From an uncultured Candidatus Saccharibacteria bacterium (GTDB lineage Bacteria > Patescibacteriota > Minisyncoccia > Minisyncoccales > JAGGSE01), in contig CAZPZY010000001.1 in NCBI GenBank assembly GCA_964591195.1, positions 7,111 to 71,110 of the forward strand: a stretch of DNA of 64,000 bases, in the 5' to 3' direction. The stretch's first letter is position 1, and every line of letters begins with the position of its first letter. Of the stretch, positions 38,402-47,172 are shown piece after piece. The notes under the pieces were generated by a model. That model was given only the letters and a program-made list of their open reading frames with translations. It was not told the DNA's origin and did no database searches. Both the position numbers and the translations under genes were made by a program.

Positions 38402-38495
38402 CCTGGCTTTAGGACTTGCCTAAAGGGTTAACAGATACGCCCCTATTATACCTCTTTTTGCAGTAATTTAACAGGGATTGTTGTGATTGCTCATT

Positions 38496-38585
38496 TTACC
38501 CACATATTCCCCATAATATCCACAAGATATCAACATTTATCCTATTTTTATCGCAACTTGCCTCTCCTTGACATTTATGTATAAT
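38496..38585. promoter_or_regulatory. DnaA-box cluster and dnaA promoter (oriC, upstream part)
   Basis: TTACCCACA, TTCCCCATA, ATATCCACA and ATATCAACA in tandem. TTGCCT-16-TATAAT precedes ATG 38593. Confidence 0.7.
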
Positions 38586-38592
38586 GAATGTG

Positions 38593-39948
38593 ATGTCCAA
38601 CGAAGAGCTCTGGGAAGCAGTTTTGGCCCAAATCCAATTAAACATCTCCCCAGCCAACTTTGCTACCTGGTTTAAGGGCACGAAAATCATCTCCCGGGAA
38701 AAAACCCAGGTAATGGTTTCTGTTCCCAGTTCTTTTGTTAAGGAGTGGTTAGAACAGAAATACAACGATATTATTTTAAAAATTCTCCATGGTTTAGATA
38801 GCAGCATAAAGGAGGTTAAATATTGTATTGAAAAACAGAGCCTAAAGATCAAGGCACCGAGAAAGAAAATATCCTACCAAGAAGAAGCCGGACAATTGGG
38901 CTTTGAAGGACTTGAAATAGATAAAGAAACAAACCTCAATCCAAGGTATACCTTTGAGAACTTTGTTGTCGGTTCTTTTAATGAATTAGCCCATGCCGCT
39001 GCTCAAGCAGTAATACAAAAGCCAGGACTGGTCTACAACCCCCTCTTTATTTATGGGGGAGTGGGTTTGGGTAAAACCCATCTCTTGGAAGCCATTGGTA
39101 ATGAGGTCTGTAAAAACTTTCCGGAGAAGAAAATAAAATACATCCCCTCCCAAAAATTTATAGAAGACGTAGTTAGGGCTATCAGGAAGCATAAGATGGA
39201 GTTGTTTAAGTCAAGTTATAGGGAGATTGATCTCTTAATAGTTGATGATGTCCAGTTTCTGGCTGGTAAAGAAAAAACACAAGAGGAATTTTTTCATATA
39301 TTCAATCTTCTTTACGAAAAAAATAAACAGGTTGTTATCTCCTCAGACTGTCCACCTCGAGCAATCCCCTCTCTTACAGAAAGATTAAGGTCTCGCTTTA
39401 CAGGAGGGATGATTGCCGATATTTCTCAGCCCGACCTTGAAACACGGATAGCAATACTAAAGACAAAGGCAAGAGAGGCAGGGGTTGATTTTCCTAATGA
39501 AATATATAACCTTATCGCCGAGTCAGTCCAAAAAAATATCAGGGAATTAGAAGGTGCTTTAAATCGGGTTATTGTCTATCAAAAAATAAATAACAAACCG
39601 CCAGACATTAATATCGTCAAATCCCTTCTAGGGAAAATAATAAAAGGAGGAAGAAAAAAAATTACCCACAAAAAAATAATCTCTACAGTGGCTGAGTTTT
39701 ATGGATTGACTGAAAAAGATATTATTATCCCCTCCCGTAAAAAAGAAATTGTAAAACCAAGACAGATTGCTATGTATCTGTTAAGAAGGGAATTAAACAG
39801 TTCTTTCTCTTTTATAGGAGAAAGATTTGGAGGAAAAGACCACACAACTGTCATTCATAGTTGTGAAAAGATTAACAGTCAACTACAAAAAGATAAAAAC
39901 CTAGAGGAAGAAATTCAAATGATCGCCCAGAGGATATATAATTCATAA
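38593..39948 (+). CDS. dnaA: Chromosomal replication initiator DnaA
   Basis: YTFENFVVG, YNPLFIYGGVGLGKTHL, DDVQFL, RELEGAL, PRQIAMYL, GKDHTTVIH. Confidence 0.99.
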   Translation: MSNEELWEAVLAQIQLNISPANFATWFKGTKIISREKTQVMVSVPSSFVKEWLEQKYNDIILKILHGLDSSIKEVKYCIEKQSLKIKAPRKKISYQEEAGQLGFEGLEIDKETNLNPRYTFENFVVGSFNELAHAAAQAVIQKPGLVYNPLFIYGGVGLGKTHLLEAIGNEVCKNFPEKKIKYIPSQKFIEDVVRAIRKHKMELFKSSYREIDLLIVDDVQFLAGKEKTQEEFFHIFNLLYEKNKQVVISSDCPPRAIPSLTERLRSRFTGGMIADISQPDLETRIAILKTKAREAGVDFPNEIYNLIAESVQKNIRELEGALNRVIVYQKINNKPPDINIVKSLLGKIIKGGRKKITHKKIISTVAEFYGLTEKDIIIPSRKKEIVKPRQIAMYLLRRELNSSFSFIGERFGGKDHTTVIHSCEKINSQLQKDKNLEEEIQMIAQRIYNS

Positions 39949-40164
39949 GTGGTGGAAATTATAGGGATAAAGAAGGGGAAAGAGAGATGAAAAAGAACCT
40001 TATTTAATAATATACAAAATATCCACATCTTTTTCTTCTATAATTCCACAAGTAAATCAGATAATATAGTATATTCATTTCGTATTCATTATAAGGAAGA
40101 GGTATAACGATGTAGTAGTAATAACATAAATATATTTATCCTTTTTATTGTGTGAATAAATACA
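39949..40164. promoter_or_regulatory. oriC downstream part: DnaA boxes and AT-rich unwinding region
   Basis: ATATCCACA (40019), AATTCCACA (40042), TGTGAATAA (40151) and a TAGTAGTAATAA trio-like run. Gene orientation switches around dnaA. Confidence 0.7.
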
Positions 40165-41517
40165 ATGGATAAAAATAATTTAATAAAACTTCTTGAACGA
40201 GATAGTAAAAAGCTAATAATTAACGCATTAAAAGAAGATCTTGGTAGTGGAGATATAACAACCAGAACAATAATACCTGATAGAATGAAATGCGATGCTT
40301 TTATTTTTAGCAAAGAAAAAGGGATAGTTTGCGGTTTACCAATAATCAAAAGGGTTTTTAAGGTTTTAGACCCCAACGCTACCTTTAACCAATTACTAAA
40401 AGATGGGGATATAGTTTTACCAGGTCAAAAAATTATTGAAATCTCAGGAAGAGCAAGGAGTATCTTGAATGGAGAAAGGGTCGCCTTGAATTTCTTACAA
40501 AGGTTAAGTGGAATTGCTACCTATGTTCATAAATTTGTAAAAAAGGCAACTCCCTTTGGTGTAAAAATTTTAGACACAAGAAAGACAACTCCTGGTTTGA
40601 GAATCTTAGAAAAATACGCAGTCCGTGTTGGAGGAGGGATAAACCATCGCTTTGGGTTATGGGATGAAATTTTAATTAAGGGAAATCATATTGAATTAGT
40701 TGGGTTAAAGAAGGCAGTAAAAAGGGCTCAAAAGATAAAAAAGCGAATAGAGGTTGAGGTAAGAAATCTAGAGGAGGTAAAAGAAGCACTTAGCCTTGGT
40801 GTTGATATTATTATGTTGGATAATATGAACCTTAAAACAATAACCAGGGCAATTAAGATAATTGGAAAAAAAGCCCTAGTTGAGGTTTCAGGAGGGGTGA
40901 ATCTTAAAAACATTAAAAAGATAGCCGAAACAAGGCCTGATTGGATTTCAATAGGCCGACTTACCTATTCAGCCGGTGTATTAGATATGAGTTTAGTGGT
41001 GAGGAAAAAAAAGACCTCTCCTACCAAACAAACCTATATTTTACCAGAGGATTTAAGGGGGGAGTTAAGAAAACCTATTGGGGTAGTGATTTTAGGAAGA
41101 AAAAAACAGGTATTTAAAAAATTTAAACAGTTTATTAGTAAGGAAAAATTCCAAAGAATAATTACTGTTGGTGATTATTGTTCTTTTGAAATCCCCTCCG
41201 ATGTTAAAATTTTTGATGGGAAGATAAGGAGAAAGAAAATTAAAAGAGGTTTTCCTTATTCCCTTTCAGTTAGAAACCCGGCGGGGACAATTCAGAAAGA
41301 GGTTTGGGGAAAAATTAAAACAGGAATTAAAAGAAAAAAGAATATCTTTGTTAAAGGCGAGGAAGACCTTTTGGTAATTCCCTCCCTACTTACAGCCCCT
41401 GAGAATTCTTTAGTGGTTTATGGACTTCCTGGAAGGGGTATCTGCTTGGTAAAAAACTCTTCAAAAAATAAAGCCATTTTTAGGGATCTATTAGAGAGAT
41501 TTATTTTTCTTCCCTGA
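40165..41517 (+). CDS. nadC: Fusion of quinolinate phosphoribosyltransferase NadC and DUF359 (archaeal GTP-dependent dephospho-CoA kinase)
   Basis: EDLGSGDIT, ERVALNFLQRLSGIAT, DTRKTTPG, IMLDN, EVSGG; then LPEDLRGELRKPIG, ITVGD, DGKIRR, NPAGTI, VKGEEDL, VYGLP. Confidence 0.87.
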   Translation: MDKNNLIKLLERDSKKLIINALKEDLGSGDITTRTIIPDRMKCDAFIFSKEKGIVCGLPIIKRVFKVLDPNATFNQLLKDGDIVLPGQKIIEISGRARSILNGERVALNFLQRLSGIATYVHKFVKKATPFGVKILDTRKTTPGLRILEKYAVRVGGGINHRFGLWDEILIKGNHIELVGLKKAVKRAQKIKKRIEVEVRNLEEVKEALSLGVDIIMLDNMNLKTITRAIKIIGKKALVEVSGGVNLKNIKKIAETRPDWISIGRLTYSAGVLDMSLVVRKKKTSPTKQTYILPEDLRGELRKPIGVVILGRKKQVFKKFKQFISKEKFQRIITVGDYCSFEIPSDVKIFDGKIRRKKIKRGFPYSLSVRNPAGTIQKEVWGKIKTGIKRKKNIFVKGEEDLLVIPSLLTAPENSLVVYGLPGRGICLVKNSSKNKAIFRDLLERFIFLP

Positions 41518-41531
41518 CAGATTATTTATGT

Positions 41532-42074
41532 ATGAGCATAAAAAAGAACTATGTTACTGTTGTTAATAAAAAGGGAGAAGAAATTGGTAAGGCAGAAAAG
41601 TTAAGGGCTCATCAAGAAGGAAGGTTACATCGAGCGTTTTCCGTTTTTATTTTTAATAAAAAGGGGGAATTGCTTTTACAAAAAAGGGCTCAGGGGAAAT
41701 ATCATTCAGCCGGGCTTTGGTCAAATACCTGCTGTTCTCATCCCCGGCCCGGGCTTGATATAAAAAAAGAGGCGGAAAAGCGGCTTAAGGAGGAGATGGG
41801 AATTAGAGCGGAGTTAAAAGAGGTCTTTAATTTTATTTACAGAGCAAGGGTGGGTAGGTTAATTGAATATGAATTTGACCACGTTTTCTTCGGAAGATTT
41901 GACGGACAACCCAAAATAGACAAAAAAGAGGCGGAAGATTGGAGATGGATTTCTTTAGATAAATTAGAAGAAGATATAAGAAAAAATCCCAAAAGATATA
42001 CCTTTTGGCTTAAAAAGATAATTAAGAAAAATGGCTATCAATTTAAAGCCCTACTTAAAACTTGCCAGGATTAA
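41532..42074 (+). CDS. idi: Isopentenyl-diphosphate isomerase type 1
   Basis: LHRAFSVFIFN, LLQKRA, WSNTCCSHP, EYEFDHVF, FW near the C-terminus. Confidence 0.95.
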   Translation: MSIKKNYVTVVNKKGEEIGKAEKLRAHQEGRLHRAFSVFIFNKKGELLLQKRAQGKYHSAGLWSNTCCSHPRPGLDIKKEAEKRLKEEMGIRAELKEVFNFIYRARVGRLIEYEFDHVFFGRFDGQPKIDKKEAEDWRWISLDKLEEDIRKNPKRYTFWLKKIIKKNGYQFKALLKTCQD

Positions 42075-42876
42075 TAACTGGCGCGGCTATTTTTTAGGAG
42101 GGGTTTTCGGCTTTTTACTTGCTGAGGGGTGGCGTGCTCCTGTTTTTGATATCATTTGTTTGTTTGTTATTGGAATTTTATTGTTTACCTTTGGATTTTC
42201 AATAAATGATTTTTTTGATATTAAGGGAGATAAGTTTAAAAAAGACAAAAAAATCATTATTGGCAAGATAATCGGCGTGGGAAGGGCATTTTTCTTCTCT
42301 CTTTTCTCGGGGGTTCTAGGACTGGTTCTTTCTTTCCGTTTTGGTCTAAGGGCGTTTCTTGATGCCTTTTTGGCTGTTTTTCTTACCTTTCTTTATTCTG
42401 CTCCGCCGGTAAGATTAAAATCAAGACCCTTTTTAGACATAATCTCCCATGGTTTTTTTGCCGGTATTTTAATTTTTCTTTTTCCTCTCTTTGCCTTTGC
42501 CCCCAAAATAGACAGCCCGGAGAAACTTTTGTTGATTCCCATTTTTGTTCTCTCTATTACTGCTGAGACCAGAAATCACCTTAATGACTACCAGGCGGAT
42601 AGAGCCGAGGGACTGAAAACAACGGTTTGTTTTTTGGGTTATGAAAACTCCCAAAAACTCTTGAGGTTTTTCTTCTTCTTTTATCCTCTTACCCTTTTTC
42701 CTGTTTTTTGGCTTGTAGCCAGGAAGTTTTATTCTCTTTTTCTCTTCATTACCCTTTTCTTTCTTTTATTACTTCTGGCTAGGAAAAACCATCAGGCAGT
42801 TAGGGACTGGTTTTTGATGGACATTTACACCTTTTTTTCCTTTCTTTTCATTTTGATTTTTCATTATGGATCCTAA
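42031..42876 (+). CDS. UbiA-family membrane prenyltransferase
   Basis: Multi-TM protein with INDFFDIKGD, YSAPPVRLKSRPFLD and NHLNDYQADRAEGLKT. Confidence 0.88.
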   Translation: MAINLKPYLKLARINNWRGYFLGGVFGFLLAEGWRAPVFDIICLFVIGILLFTFGFSINDFFDIKGDKFKKDKKIIIGKIIGVGRAFFFSLFSGVLGLVLSFRFGLRAFLDAFLAVFLTFLYSAPPVRLKSRPFLDIISHGFFAGILIFLFPLFAFAPKIDSPEKLLLIPIFVLSITAETRNHLNDYQADRAEGLKTTVCFLGYENSQKLLRFFFFFYPLTLFPVFWLVARKFYSLFLFITLFFLLLLLARKNHQAVRDWFLMDIYTFFSFLFILIFHYGS

Positions 42877-43846
42877 AAAGGTTGAACATTGTTTAGACAG
42901 GGCAATTGATTTTCTCTACCGCTCTCAATTGCCATGGGGAGAGTTTAAGACCCTTGCGAGTTGGAATTTTTTAATGATGCCTGCCTATTATGACAGCAGT
43001 CCCTTTGGCACTGGCCTGATACTTCATAATCTAAAAGGACTTAATGACGAAAGGGCAAGGAAGATGGTTGACAAGGCAATTGCCTTTTTGTTGTCTGAAA
43101 AAGAAAAGGGAGGGATTTGGAGGTTTTGGACCTCAAGAAACAAGAAAAGGATTCCTCCAGACCTAGACGATATTTCAGTGATTTCTTCTGGGCTTAAATT
43201 ATACGGCGTGCAATTTGAAGATAATAAAGATCTTGTTCTCAGCAACAGGAACAAAAATGGCTTATTTTTAACATGGATTCTTGACGAAAGACACAAGAAA
43301 AATCTATTTTGGAAAACAGCAGCAAAAGATGCTGATTGTGTTGTCAATGTCAATGTGTTAACATATCTGGAAAGGCCATTGCCTGAGGTTTGCACCTATA
43401 TTAATAAACTAATAAGCGAAAATCGCTCCAGTTCCTATTATTATCCCAGTAAACTGGCTTTTTTTTACTTTGTTTCCCGAGCAGCAAGGTCAGGGGTAAC
43501 ATGTTTCAAGAAAAACAGAGAATGGATTATCAATTCGGTCTTGTCTTGTCAGAAAAAGGATGGTTCTTTTGGAAACGAGATGGAAACTGCCCTTGGCCTT
43601 AATACCCTCTTTAACCTTAACTGTTTTGGAAAGGAAACAGAAGATGGTATAAGTTATTTATTAAGTCGGCAGAGGAGAAAGGGCGGATTCAAAAAGCAGG
43701 TTTACTTTTTGGGGATCCCCTGGTGGTTTTTGGCTCTAAGCCCCTTCTATGGTTATTATGGGTCTGAGGAAATAACCACCGGGGTTTGTATTGAGGCATT
43801 TAGGAACTATCTATCACAGAGACAATTTTATGGAGGAGGTGTTTGA
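42866..43846 (+). CDS. Stand-alone class II terpene cyclase/prenyltransferase beta-domain protein
   Basis: GIWRFW...PPDLDDIS (DxDD), QW-like repeats (AIDFLYRSQLPWGEF, SCQKKDGSF, YLLSRQRRKGGF), DCVVNVN, GSEEITT. Confidence 0.72.
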   Translation: MDPKKVEHCLDRAIDFLYRSQLPWGEFKTLASWNFLMMPAYYDSSPFGTGLILHNLKGLNDERARKMVDKAIAFLLSEKEKGGIWRFWTSRNKKRIPPDLDDISVISSGLKLYGVQFEDNKDLVLSNRNKNGLFLTWILDERHKKNLFWKTAAKDADCVVNVNVLTYLERPLPEVCTYINKLISENRSSSYYYPSKLAFFYFVSRAARSGVTCFKKNREWIINSVLSCQKKDGSFGNEMETALGLNTLFNLNCFGKETEDGISYLLSRQRRKGGFKKQVYFLGIPWWFLALSPFYGYYGSEEITTGVCIEAFRNYLSQRQFYGGGV

Positions 43847-44969
43847 TACAATCATTGTTGGAGCCGGACCTGGCGGGCTGTCTGCTGGAAGATATCTAAA
43901 AGACGCCCTTATTCTGGACCAAAAGAAAGAAATTGGGTTGCCTGTTCAGTGTGCCGAGGGGCTATCAAAGAGATTTTTGGACGAAATGGACATTTCTCCT
44001 GAACCAGAATGGATATCTGTCACTATTGATACAACCCAGATTGTTTTGCCTAATGGGAAGGAGATTAATCTATATTTTCCGGGGCAAAGTTATGTGATAG
44101 ACCGGAAGGGATTTGAAAAATTTCTTGCCAGGATGTCTCAGGCGGAAATCCGCTTGGGTCAGAGGGTGGTTGATATAGAAAAGAGAGGGGGCCTTTGGGA
44201 GGTAAAAACAAGACAAGGCAAGATATTCAGGTCAAGATATCTTATCGGAGCAGATGGTCCCTTTTCAATAGTCAGGGAGAAGGTTTTTGGCCAAAAAATT
44301 AGGGTCCTACCTGTTGTTGAATACCTGGTAGAATTGACCAATAACCTTGATACCTCAAAACTTTTAATTTATCTTGACAAAGATTGGTTGGGCACCGGCT
44401 ATGCCTGGATATTTCCAAAATCAAAGAACAGGGCGAATATTGGCTTGGGTAGTGTGGAGAAGAAAGACAACCTAAACAAACTTTTAAGGGATTTTTTAGA
44501 AAACAAGGTAAAGAAGAATTTTGGACCCTATCACCTGTTGGAAAACAGAAGCAGTGTTGGGCCCTGGCTTGAGGGGCCGATAAAAATAGCCAAAGACAAT
44601 GCTTTTCTTGTTGGAGATGCAGCCGGGCTTGTTGACACCATTTCCGGGGGAGGCATAGGCAATGCAATGCTTTCTGGTCACTTGGCAGCCAAGGCAATTC
44701 TTAAGTCAGACCCTCCTTCTTACCAGAAGCAGGTTCAGTCGTTCTTTTCCGAAGACCTGTTTCAGGCACAAAAAATCCTTTATTCTTTTGACAATCAAAC
44801 CCTAAATGAACTTGGTCAGGTTTTGGAGAAAAAAAATGGGGATATTTTTTATCTGAAAAATCCGCAGGCACTTCTTGCTTTTCTCTCCAAGCCCCATTTA
44901 AGGAAAAATATTTTTGGGTTTCTTAAACTCTTTTTGATATACGCAAAATGGAAAGTCAAAAACACCTAA
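43830..44969 (+). CDS. Geranylgeranyl reductase-family FAD oxidoreductase
   Basis: IVGAGPGG, PVQCAEG, IDRKGFEKFL, IGADG, GYAWIFPK, VGDAAGLVDTISGGGI. Confidence 0.88.
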   Translation: MEEVFDTIIVGAGPGGLSAGRYLKDALILDQKKEIGLPVQCAEGLSKRFLDEMDISPEPEWISVTIDTTQIVLPNGKEINLYFPGQSYVIDRKGFEKFLARMSQAEIRLGQRVVDIEKRGGLWEVKTRQGKIFRSRYLIGADGPFSIVREKVFGQKIRVLPVVEYLVELTNNLDTSKLLIYLDKDWLGTGYAWIFPKSKNRANIGLGSVEKKDNLNKLLRDFLENKVKKNFGPYHLLENRSSVGPWLEGPIKIAKDNAFLVGDAAGLVDTISGGGIGNAMLSGHLAAKAILKSDPPSYQKQVQSFFSEDLFQAQKILYSFDNQTLNELGQVLEKKNGDIFYLKNPQALLAFLSKPHLRKNIFGFLKLFLIYAKWKVKNT

Positions 44970-46021
44970 AACGTTTTAGGCCCGAGATTGATAGGATTAT
45001 AAAAAGGTATCTTCCTAAAAGAGCCAGTAAGAGGTGGCTGGCTTTTGCCTTTGGGAGGTCAGGTGTTAGCCAGACAAACCTTAGGGTCGCTCAGGAGTGC
45101 TTTTTGGATCCCCTCTGGAATTTTTTAGAAAGAGGAGGAAAAAGGTGGAGACCGTTTTTTTTCTTATTACTGACCAAAGCCCTTGGAGGCAAGGTGGAAA
45201 AGGTCAAGGAGATCGCTGTTATTCTTGAATTGACCCATCAGGGCTCGCTGATCGTGGATGACCTTGAAGACAACAGCAGATTTAGGAGATCTGCGCCCTG
45301 CCTTCATCGTTTGTATGGTGTAGACGTTGCCATTAATGCCGGCAATTTCCTTTATTTCTTGCCATTTCTAACTTTGGAGAAAAATAAGAACAGGTTTCCC
45401 TGCTCAGTTCTAACCAGGGCGTATCAGGCCTGTATTCAGGAGATGGCCAATGTCCACTTGGGACAAGGAATGGATATCTATTGGCATAGGGGCAAAGGGA
45501 GGAAAATAGAAGAGAAAGAGTATCTGCGGATGGCTTCCTTCAAAACCGGCAGTTTGGCAAGACTGACAGCCCGACTGGCTTGCATTTTTTCTGGAGTTAG
45601 CGAACCAACATCTAAAAAACTGGAGAAGGCAGCGGAGAAGATTGGGGTTGCCTTCCAGATTCAGGATGACATTTTAGATATCACCCTTGGAGAGAAAGAA
45701 AGAAAGAGATTTGGGAAGGAATTTGGCAATGATATCAAGGAGGGGAAAAGGACCCTTATTGTTTTGCGGACATTAAAAAAGGCAAAGCCAAAAGAAAGAA
45801 AACAACTACTTGCCATTTTGGATAAACACCCCAACACGAAAAAAGAGATAAAAAGGGCAATAGAGATTATAAGAAAATATGATGGCGTTGAGCAGGCAAG
45901 AAAGACAGCCCAGCGCCTTTTAGACCAAGGATGGAGGATAATGGATAAAGCCCTTGTTCCTTCAAAAGCCAAGGAAGGCCTCAGGCAACTTGTTTATTAT
46001 CTGGGCAAAAGGGAAATATGA
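44948..46021 (+). CDS. Polyprenyl (GGPP-type) diphosphate synthase
   Basis: RGGKRWRP, SLIVDDLEDNSRFRR, GQGMDI, FKTG, FQIQDDILD, DIKEGKRT. Confidence 0.93.
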   Translation: MESQKHLKRFRPEIDRIIKRYLPKRASKRWLAFAFGRSGVSQTNLRVAQECFLDPLWNFLERGGKRWRPFFFLLLTKALGGKVEKVKEIAVILELTHQGSLIVDDLEDNSRFRRSAPCLHRLYGVDVAINAGNFLYFLPFLTLEKNKNRFPCSVLTRAYQACIQEMANVHLGQGMDIYWHRGKGRKIEEKEYLRMASFKTGSLARLTARLACIFSGVSEPTSKKLEKAAEKIGVAFQIQDDILDITLGEKERKRFGKEFGNDIKEGKRTLIVLRTLKKAKPKERKQLLAILDKHPNTKKEIKRAIEIIRKYDGVEQARKTAQRLLDQGWRIMDKALVPSKAKEGLRQLVYYLGKREI

Positions 46022-47172
46022 AAACAGACGATTCTCATTTTTACAAACTACCCTTAAAAAAGAAGATAGAATTTATTAAAAGGTTTTCCGGACTGAATAA
46101 AGAGGATCTTGAGATTCTCAAAAGATATCAAGAACTGCCTGATTTCTTTGATATAGAAAGCAATATTGGTCCATTCAAGATTGCTACTAATTTTTTTGTT
46201 GAGGGCAAGGAATATCTGGTACCCATGGAAACAGAGGAGCCCTCAGTGGTGGCAGCTGCCTCAAGAGGGGCAAAACTTGTCAAGGAGGGTGGCGGTTTTA
46301 GGGGCAGGTATTTAGGCAATCAAATGATTGGTCAGATTCAGCTTTTGGGGGCCAAGGACTTTAGAAAGAACAAGAAGAGAATTTTAGAGAATAAGAAAAA
46401 AATCCTTGATACTGCCAATCAGACCAATAGGTTTCTTTTAAGGATAGGAGGAGGGGCAAGAGACATAGTAGTTAAAAAACGGGGGAGGTTTTTGGTTTTA
46501 TATCTGTTTGTTGATACAAAAGATGCCATGGGAGCAAATATTGTTAATACGATGGTAGAGAAAATTTCTCCCCTCTTAACTAAATACACTCATGCCAGGG
46601 TTGGCTTGAGAATTATTTCTAATTTTGCTCCAAAAAGGATTGTTTCTGTTTGGGCAAGGGTGTCCATTGACTCATTAGAACTTAATGGTTTTTCTGGGGA
46701 AGAGGTTGCTGAGGGAATTCTTTCTGCCCAAAAATTAGCTGAACTAGACATATACCGGGCAGTTACCCACAATAAGGGAGTAATGAACGGCATAGATGCA
46801 GTTGCCTTAGCCACAGGCAATGATACCCGAGCAATTGAAGCGGCGGTTCATAGTTTTGCTGCCAGAAAAGGGAAATATCAACCCATAACCTGTTGGAAAA
46901 GAGAAAAGGAATACCTTAGAGGGGAGATTAGAACTCCTCTGCCTATTGCTACAGTAGGTGGAGCAACCTCAACCAAAAAGGCGAAACTAGCCCTAAAAAT
47001 TTTAGGAGTCAAAAATGCCCAGGAACTGGGTATTGTCGCCGGGGCAGTTGGCCTGGCAAACAATCTGGCTGCCCTTTCAGTTTTGGCAACAGAGGGAATT
47101 CAAAGGGGCCATATGAAAATCCATAAAGAGTTTGTCAAGAAGACAAGCCGACCCCGGAGTGGTCAATCTTGA
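46018..47172 (+). CDS. mvaA: HMG-CoA reductase, class II
   Basis: PMETEEPSVVAA, DAMGANIVN, RAVTHNKG, GNDTRA, GIQRGHMKIH. Confidence 0.93.
   Translation: MKTDDSHFYKLPLKKKIEFIKRFSGLNKEDLEILKRYQELPDFFDIESNIGPFKIATNFFVEGKEYLVPMETEEPSVVAAASRGAKLVKEGGGFRGRYLGNQMIGQIQLLGAKDFRKNKKRILENKKKILDTANQTNRFLLRIGGGARDIVVKKRGRFLVLYLFVDTKDAMGANIVNTMVEKISPLLTKYTHARVGLRIISNFAPKRIVSVWARVSIDSLELNGFSGEEVAEGILSAQKLAELDIYRAVTHNKGVMNGIDAVALATGNDTRAIEAAVHSFAARKGKYQPITCWKREKEYLRGEIRTPLPIATVGGATSTKKAKLALKILGVKNAQELGIVAGAVGLANNLAALSVLATEGIQRGHMKIHKEFVKKTSRPRSGQS

Noticed and set aside
38137-38495. TPP riboswitch upstream of thiC
   Set aside because: No CTGAGA...GAACCTGA...AGCG.AGG core on the minus strand; the region is filled by repeat copy A.
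42031-46021. Complete archaeal ether-lipid pathway
   Set aside because: No GGGP synthase, G1P dehydrogenase or CarS is in the window, so UbiA and GGR alone do not establish it. It remains an alternative hypothesis.
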